Below, piece by piece: positions 58,250 through 64,000 of a DNA stretch of 64,000 bases (position 1 is the stretch's first letter; every line of letters begins with the position of its first letter). The notes beneath the pieces are model-generated. The model did no database searches and had not been told where the DNA came from. It was given only the letters and a program-made list of their open reading frames with translations. Position numbers and translations under genes: made by a program. The stretch lies in NCBI GenBank assembly GCA_963789065.1, contig CAWBKA010000025.1:89574-153573 (forward strand), given 5' to 3'. This stretch comes from an uncultured Verrucomicrobiae bacterium (GTDB lineage Bacteria > Verrucomicrobiota > Verrucomicrobiia > Chthoniobacterales > JAFAMB01).

Positions 58250-60672
58250 ATGAGGCTCCGGATTCTAGGTCTTTTCTTTCTGATTTCGCTGCCGATCAAA
58301 TCTGCTTGCCCAAGTCGCATCCTTACCCGCCGCCTCCGAGCCGCACGCCGGCCGACGCCTACGCCTGGGCCTCGCCCTAGACGCCCGGCCGCAAAGAATT
58401 CGGCGTTTAGCCCCGTTGCTGCCCTTTCAGAGCGCGACAGAGTACCGGACCGATCCCGGTTGAAATCACGTCCGGAGAAACTCGATTTGAGGGTGGAGTC
58501 GCCATTGCGGAAAAGGATGTCGTCGTCCGATACGGCGATGCCACGATTTACTCCGACTATGCAGAATACAACCCCAACACCCACGAAATCGTGTTGCGAG
58601 GCAATGTCCGATTCTATCGGGACAGATACGCCTTCACCGCCGACCGAGCCATTTACAATCTGCAAACCAAGCAATTGAAGATGACTGATTTTGGGGGTCC
58701 GAAACCGCCCTTTCAGGTCGTCGGCGATACCCTCCTTTCCCTCAAGGAAAATCAATACACGATTTTGAACGGTTATCATCACGACGAGCGACACGTCGAA
58801 ACCCGATTACCAACTCCGTGCTCGGACGTATTCGCATTTATGAGAACGATCGAATCATTCTCTCGAACGTAACGCTGTTTATCGGACAAACGCCGGTTTT
58901 CTGGTTTCCTTATATTTACCAGTCCTTAAATGATCAATTCAGCTATAACCTGGCTCCAGGGTACAACTCGACGTGGGGAGCGTATTTGTTCACGTCGCTG
59001 ACTTTTCCGATCGCGACGAACGTGAGCGGAACGGTTGCACATCGACTTGCGAAGCTTCCCGCGGGCCGGCTCTTGGTTTCGAGATCAACTACACTTCCGC
59101 CAAGATAAGCAGACCTCCGGGCGCCTGCTGGTTTACGGGTTGATCGATCAGTCGCCAAATATCAATGAGACCGCATTGGGCCGTGCCCCTATCGGTTCCG
59201 GACCGATATCGCATCGCGTACCAATCCAGGACCTATATCACCAGCGATCTATCGGCGACCGTTAATTTCAATAAATTGAGCGACCAATATTTTCTTCAGG
59301 ATTTTTACCCCAGTCTCTTCGCCGTACGATCCTCAGCCGGATACCTATACGAATTGGTAAAACGCGGCGAGGCCTACACCCTGAGTTTACTGACCCGTCC
59401 TCCAAGTGAACGAATTTTCTGGAAACGGCCGAACGCTTGCCCGAATTAAGTTGGCAGGTCGCGCGAACGCCGCTGTTTAATGGACCGATCTTCTACGAGG
59501 CAACCACATCCGCGGCCTACCTAAACCGCTTATTCGCCGCCAAAACGGGCAATCTATCCATCGACCTGCAAAGCGGGGCGCTCAATCCCGACTACGACCT
59601 TTTTCGCTTTGATTCGTTTCATCAACTTGTTTTTCCCCACACTTACTTCGGTTGGCTATCACTTGTTCCGAGCCTCGGCGTCCGCGGTACCTATTACAGA
59701 CCACCGGAAGTTTCACGGAATCTGATATCAGTAATCCAATCCCCGAGGGTATCCTGGTCGAACACGGGGGACGCGCAAGGTTTGCCTTTAACTCCAACAT
59801 TGAGGCCTCCTTCAAGCTCTCAAAGGCATTCGAGAACGTGCAACAGAGATGGCTCGGACTCGACGGTCTGCGTCACATCATCCAACCTTACGCCGACTTC
59901 TCATGGGTCTCTTCCCCAACGGTTAAACCCTCCGATATCCTCCCCATTGACCAGTATATCCCGAGTACCAAATTGCAACCGATCGATTTCCCCGAGTACC
60001 GTGCGATCGATTCGCTCGATCAGTGGACAATATTGCGCCTCGGGATGCGGAACCGACTCCAGACTCGGCGTGATTCCACGACTCTCAATTGGCTCGATAT
60101 CGACAGCTATTTTGACGTCGATTTCGATAATCCTCTTGCCCAGGTCGCTCCGCCAGCCAGTACCAGCGTTTCGCGTTCCAACATTGTCACCCCGCCGCAC
60201 GAACTTTTCTCCAATGTCTTCAACAGGATAAGATTTCAACCCGTTCCTTGGCTTTACCTCTCTGTTGACTCGCAAGTGCCTCTTCTGGACAAAGGGTTCT
60301 GGTCGGTGACGACCTTTGTAGACTGGATGGTAAGTCCCAATATTGAATTCCGAGTGGGACATCAGTATTTGCAGAGCAATCCGTACTACCAGGATACGAG
60401 CGAGCTCTCCTTTTACACTTACCTGCGGCTAAACGACAATTGGGGCTTTAGTTTTTATGAGGATTACCAATTCAAGACGGGAATCGTAAACCTGCAACAA
60501 TATTCAATTCATCGCGACCTGAGCAGTTGGGTTGGTTCGCTTGGATTTAATATCACCAACAACGGAGCCGGTAAAACGCAGATCGCGCGTGGTGTTGACG
60601 TTCACCCTGAAGGATCTGCCCAGATTCGGTTTGCCAATCAATTTGGATGTCGGCAACGCCCTCGGCGAATAG
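58250..60672 (+). pseudogene. lptD: LPS-assembly outer-membrane protein LptD (OstA family), at least 7 frame changes
   Basis: Signal peptide MRLRILGLFFLISLPIKSA. OstA-like N-domain (ITSGETRFEGGVAIAEKDVVVRYGDATIYSDYAEYNPNTHEIVLRGNVRF). Collinear barrel fragments follow in alternating frames (IRIYENDRIILSNVTLFIGQTPVFWFPY.., LPELSWQVARTPLFNGPIFYE.., WLGLDGLRHIIQPYADFSW.., VVLTFTLKDLPRFGLPI). The 5' end is uncertain. Confidence 0.8.
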
Positions 60673-60673
60673 A

Positions 60674-60763
60674 GTTTTGAGGTTTGCGTTTTGCGTTTTG
60701 GGTTTTGAGCGATTCTTTTGCGCCGTGTCGCAACCCGAAACCCAAAACGCAAAACCCAAAACC
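60674..60763. repeat. inverted pair of heptamer arrays (GTTTTGN)x5 / (CNAAACN)x4 with a 27-nt spacer
   Basis: Arms at 60674-60708 and 60736-60763. It starts 1 nt after the reconstructed lptD TAG stop. Same family and architecture as 9508-9617. Confidence 0.88.
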
Positions 60764-60823
60764 TTCTTCTGGACAAATGGCCCAAGCGGGATATGAGAAA
60801 GGCTCGTTTGGATCGAAGCGCAC

Positions 60824-62140
60824 ATGGATATCTCTATTATTGGCTCCGGATATGTTGGTCTTGTGACTGGTGCCTGCTTGGCCGATGTCGGCCATAGCGT
60901 GGTCTGCGTTGACAATGACCAAAGAAAGGTCGACGCGCTGCGGAGTGGGCATATGCCGATCTATGAGCCCGGCTTGGAAGAAGTCATCCACCGCAATGTC
61001 TCGGCACGCCGACTGCGCTTTACGAACAGCATCGAAGACGGCGTCCAGCATTCACAAATAGTCTTCATCGCGGTCCCGACACCACCTCAGCCGGACGGTA
61101 GCGTGGATCTCACTTACATCGAACAAGTTGCGCGCGAGATCGCGGAGGTACTCAAAGAATATCGGGTCATTGTCGACAAGAGCACCGTTCCGGTCAAGAC
61201 CGGTGAAAAGGTGGCCCAAACAATCCGACGGTATAACAAGGCAGGAGTCGATTTCGACGTGGTCAGCAATCCGGAATTTCTCAGGGAAGGGTGCGCTGTC
61301 GCCGACCTCATGAATCCGGATCGCATTGTTGTCGGATCGAATAGCGATCGCGCATTGGCCTTGATGAAGAAGGTTTATGAGCCGTTCATGGCACCTATTA
61401 TGGTGACCGATGTGAACAGCGCGGAGCTGATTAAGCACGCCGCAAACTCGTTCCTGGCCCTTAAGATCTCATACATCAACGCGATTTCCGCCATTTGCGA
61501 AGCAAGCGGTGCGGATGTCGAGAAAGTCGCCGACGGAATTGGTGCCGACAAGCGAATTGGCCGCAGCTTTCTGAACGCCGGTCTCGGTTACGGTGGATCT
61601 TGCTTCCCCAAGGATGTCGCGGCTTTCATCGCAATCAGCGAGCAATTGGGCATGCCATTCTCGCTTCTGAAAGAAGTCCAGCGTGTCAATCAGGCGCAAC
61701 GTGACCGTTTCGTCAATAAGATCAGGGATACGCTTTGGGTCTTGAAGGATAAGCGCATCGCGGTTTGGGGACTTACGTTCAAACCAGACACCGACGACGT
61801 GCGCAGCTCTGTGGCGATCGATCTCGTCGATAGCCTTTTGCACGAAGGGGCCATCGTCCAGGCGTACGATCCGAAAGGGATGGGCAAAGTCGCCGAACTT
61901 AACCTGTGCAAGGGGGCGACTCTGGCCAAGTCAGCGCTTGAAGCTGTCGAAAACGCCGAAGCACTTGTTCTGGCGACGGAGTGGAATGAGTTTCAAAGTA
62001 TCGATTTCGACGCCGTGCGAAAGGCGATGCACACTCCGATCGTGTTTGATGGTCGCAACCTATTCGATCCACAAACCATGAAGGAACTTGGCTTCCGATA
62101 CTTCGGAATCGGACGAGGTGGCGCGGAGCCCCTGGTCTGA
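60824..62140 (+). CDS. ugd: UDP-glucose 6-dehydrogenase
   Basis: IIGSGYVGLVTGACLA Rossmann motif and the catalytic-Cys region GYGGSCFPKD. 438 aa. Confidence 0.93.
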   Translation: MDISIIGSGYVGLVTGACLADVGHSVVCVDNDQRKVDALRSGHMPIYEPGLEEVIHRNVSARRLRFTNSIEDGVQHSQIVFIAVPTPPQPDGSVDLTYIEQVAREIAEVLKEYRVIVDKSTVPVKTGEKVAQTIRRYNKAGVDFDVVSNPEFLREGCAVADLMNPDRIVVGSNSDRALALMKKVYEPFMAPIMVTDVNSAELIKHAANSFLALKISYINAISAICEASGADVEKVADGIGADKRIGRSFLNAGLGYGGSCFPKDVAAFIAISEQLGMPFSLLKEVQRVNQAQRDRFVNKIRDTLWVLKDKRIAVWGLTFKPDTDDVRSSVAIDLVDSLLHEGAIVQAYDPKGMGKVAELNLCKGATLAKSALEAVENAEALVLATEWNEFQSIDFDAVRKAMHTPIVFDGRNLFDPQTMKELGFRYFGIGRGGAEPLV

Positions 62141-62141
62141 A

Positions 62142-62172
62142 GTTTGTCGGCGCAGAAAGGCGCTCGACAAAC
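62142..62172 (+). terminator. candidate stem-loop terminator after ugd
   Basis: gtttgtcggcgc-agaaag-gcgctcgacaaac forms a ~12-bp stem with one bulge, starting 2 nt after the stop. No clear U-tract follows, so this is weak. Confidence 0.35.
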
Positions 62173-62314
62173 ACGCTATCTTTACTGCTGCGCCGACATA
62201 AACTCGTTCTGGCGCAGGCGTGATCTCGTCAGGAGCAACCGACGGGGTGAACGCACGTGAAAATATAAGAAGCAGCCGGTCATGCGGCTCGAAATGGCCC
62301 GCTCGAAATGGGCC

Positions 62315-62536
62315 GCCCCGAAGGGGCAAGAAGCCGAGGGTTTACCCTGGGTAAATTCCCTTTGGAAATCGCCCTGAAGGGGCGTTGGGTTTGGTGGTGC
62401 GCGTTTTCGGTTTCCCTAGGCACGTAGAAGATATATTCGACGGGACGCGAAATTCTCAGCCCCTTCAGGGCACAACGCGGTGTAAACCCAATTCCCAGGG
62501 TAAACCCTGGGCTATGCTTTCTTGCCCCTTCGGGGC
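62315..62536. repeat. nested foldback / REP cluster
   Basis: The outer arms gccccgaaggggcaagaagccgagggtttaccctgggtaaattccc (62315-62360) and attcccagggtaaaccctgggctatgctttcttgccccttcggggc (62491-62536) are imperfect reverse complements. An inner inverted pair lies at 62370-62384 and 62459-62471. Confidence 0.65.
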
Positions 62537-62811
62537 GCAGACCCACTTGTCGAAACAAGTTAGCGCAATGGGGTAAACCCTGGGCTCAACCCTGGGCTTT
62601 CTACGCTTTTTTGGCCACTTTGGGCCACAGGTTGGAAACGTCCCAAACCGAAAAGCCCTTCGGGCCGTCTGAACGACGCTAAACACTTACGGGGCTTCTC
62701 CCCCAACGCGATTTCAGTAGAACTTGGCGGAATTTGTGGAAGATTAAGGGCTGTCCCGCACCACTGTTCACCTCCAGAATAACGATCGCCGCGGGACCCT
62801 GGAGCGGCTCT

Positions 62812-64000
62812 ATGGCAGGCAAAAATCCCCGCCTCTGTTGCTTAAAAGCGCTTCAACGCTGGGAGACCGGCCGGGAGTTCGCTGATGAAGTTCTCCACCA
62901 GGCGCTCCAGCGTTCAGGGTTAAATAATGTCAATCGGTCATTCGTTACCGAAACCTTCTATGGCGTGATCCGAAATCGGTCCTATCTCGACTTTATTATC
63001 CAACGGTTCCGTCCCACGGGTCTTGACATGCCAACCCGCCAGGTTCTGCGTCTCGGTGTCTACCAGCTCTATAAGATGCGGATCCCAAATCACGCGGCGG
63101 TATACGAAACCGTGAATATCGCGGGACCCGCCCGAACTTTGGTCAATGCCGTTCTCCGCAAAACGATCGCCGAAAAAGACGTCATCGTTGAGCAACTACA
63201 AAGTGCCCCGGCTCACATCCGGTACTCGCATCCGGAATTTCTGTGGCAGAAATGGGAATCTCGACATGGAGGTAAACTCGCGGAGCAACTTTGCGCCTGG
63301 AACAATGAGCCCGCAAAAATTTATGTACGTGCCAATCGGCTAAGAGTCACGCCGGGAGAGCTGCTCGAAAGTTTCCCAGGCGCGAAAATCGTGGGCCTTC
63401 ACCCTGATTGTCTCGAGGTTGAACGTCTGCCGTTATCCTGGATCTCGACTGGAGTAGGCTACGTCCAGGATCCCAGTACACTTCTGGCTTGCGATCTGCT
63501 GAATCCGAAGCCGGGTGAAGTCGTTCTGGATGCTTGTGCAGCGCCAGGCGGCAAAGCTGGATACATGGCCCAAAGCATGGAAAATCAGGGGAGCCTCGTT
63601 ACCTGCGATTATGACAAGCTTCGACTTGCCCGGCTCGAGCAGAACCTGGTCCGGCTCGGGGTGAGTAATTTCACCGTTGTCCTGCTCGACTGGTTGCAGC
63701 ACGCATCTCCTTTTAAACCTGAAACCTTCGATGCTATCCTGGTCGACGTCCCATGTACGAACACCGGGGTCATCCGCCGCCGCACCGATGTCCGGTGGCG
63801 CCTGACCCCGCAAGACTTCCCTCGAATGCACCATCTGCAAGGCCGGATAGTCAAGGCGACGATTCAATTCTTAAAATCCGGCGGTCGGCTCGTCTACAGT
63901 ACTTGCAGCATTGAGCCGGAAGAAAACGAAAGCGTCGTTGCCTACATCGACCGCGAGGCCCCTGAGCTCAGCTTCATAAGGGCCAAGACTTCGATGCCGA
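62812..64000 (+). CDS. rsmB: 16S rRNA (cytosine967-C5)-methyltransferase RsmB, 3'-partial at the window edge
   Basis: The frame is open from the ATG at 62812 to the window end, so it is absent from the ORF track. NusB-like N-domain, then the SAM-binding motif DACAAPGGK and the catalytic-Cys motifs DVPCTNTG and VYSTCS. Confidence 0.88.
   Translation, partial: MAGKNPRLCCLKALQRWETGREFADEVLHQALQRSGLNNVNRSFVTETFYGVIRNRSYLDFIIQRFRPTGLDMPTRQVLRLGVYQLYKMRIPNHAAVYETVNIAGPARTLVNAVLRKTIAEKDVIVEQLQSAPAHIRYSHPEFLWQKWESRHGGKLAEQLCAWNNEPAKIYVRANRLRVTPGELLESFPGAKIVGLHPDCLEVERLPLSWISTGVGYVQDPSTLLACDLLNPKPGEVVLDACAAPGGKAGYMAQSMENQGSLVTCDYDKLRLARLEQNLVRLGVSNFTVVLLDWLQHASPFKPETFDAILVDVPCTNTGVIRRRTDVRWRLTPQDFPRMHHLQGRIVKATIQFLKSGGRLVYSTCSIEPEENESVVAYIDREAPELSFIRAKTSMP

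Noticed and set aside
58054-58380. 108-aa ORF upstream of and overlapping the lptD 5' region
   Set aside because: It has no motifs and overlaps the better signal-peptide start at 58250. It is likely an out-of-frame reading of the frameshifted lptD leader region.

Overview
This 64-kb chromosomal window comes from a Gram-negative bacterium: it carries lpxA and lptD and uses the MEP isoprenoid pathway. A PVC or Verrucomicrobiota-like soil lineage is my low-confidence guess, based only on repeat families I recall. The content is almost entirely housekeeping. Recognisable units are tig-clpP-clpX, ispD, cdsA-dxr-rseP-ispG, cysH-cysD-cysNC, tkt, hisG, hflX, rimO, a rodZ-like gene, ftsK, manA, ispB, radC, pssA-psd, a divergent LysR/MFS pair, lpxA, galE, lptD, ugd and rsmB (partial at the 3' edge; it has no stop, so the ORF track missed it). 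I found no CRISPR array, prophage, defence island, tRNA or rRNA, and no convincing novel multi-gene system. Mobile DNA consists of one frameshifted IS481-family element with tandemly duplicated terminal repeats, one MITE with an 8-bp target duplication, and several foldback or REP-like elements. Four things need a second look. (1) Tandem arrays with a 7-nt unit, from four unrelated unit families, start on or within 5 nt of stop codons, and the G-rich strand is in gene sense where they abut a gene. (2) About 30 frameshifts hit conserved housekeeping genes in three tight blocks plus two isolated single shifts (clpX, the IS481 transposase), separated by long clean stretches. About half of the 19 junctions I reconstructed are homopolymer undercalls, so an assembly artefact is the leading explanation. 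(3) TAG is the most frequent stop codon, 20 of the 46 genes I scored. (4) An uncalled 34-aa highly basic ORF resembles ribosomal protein bS22.
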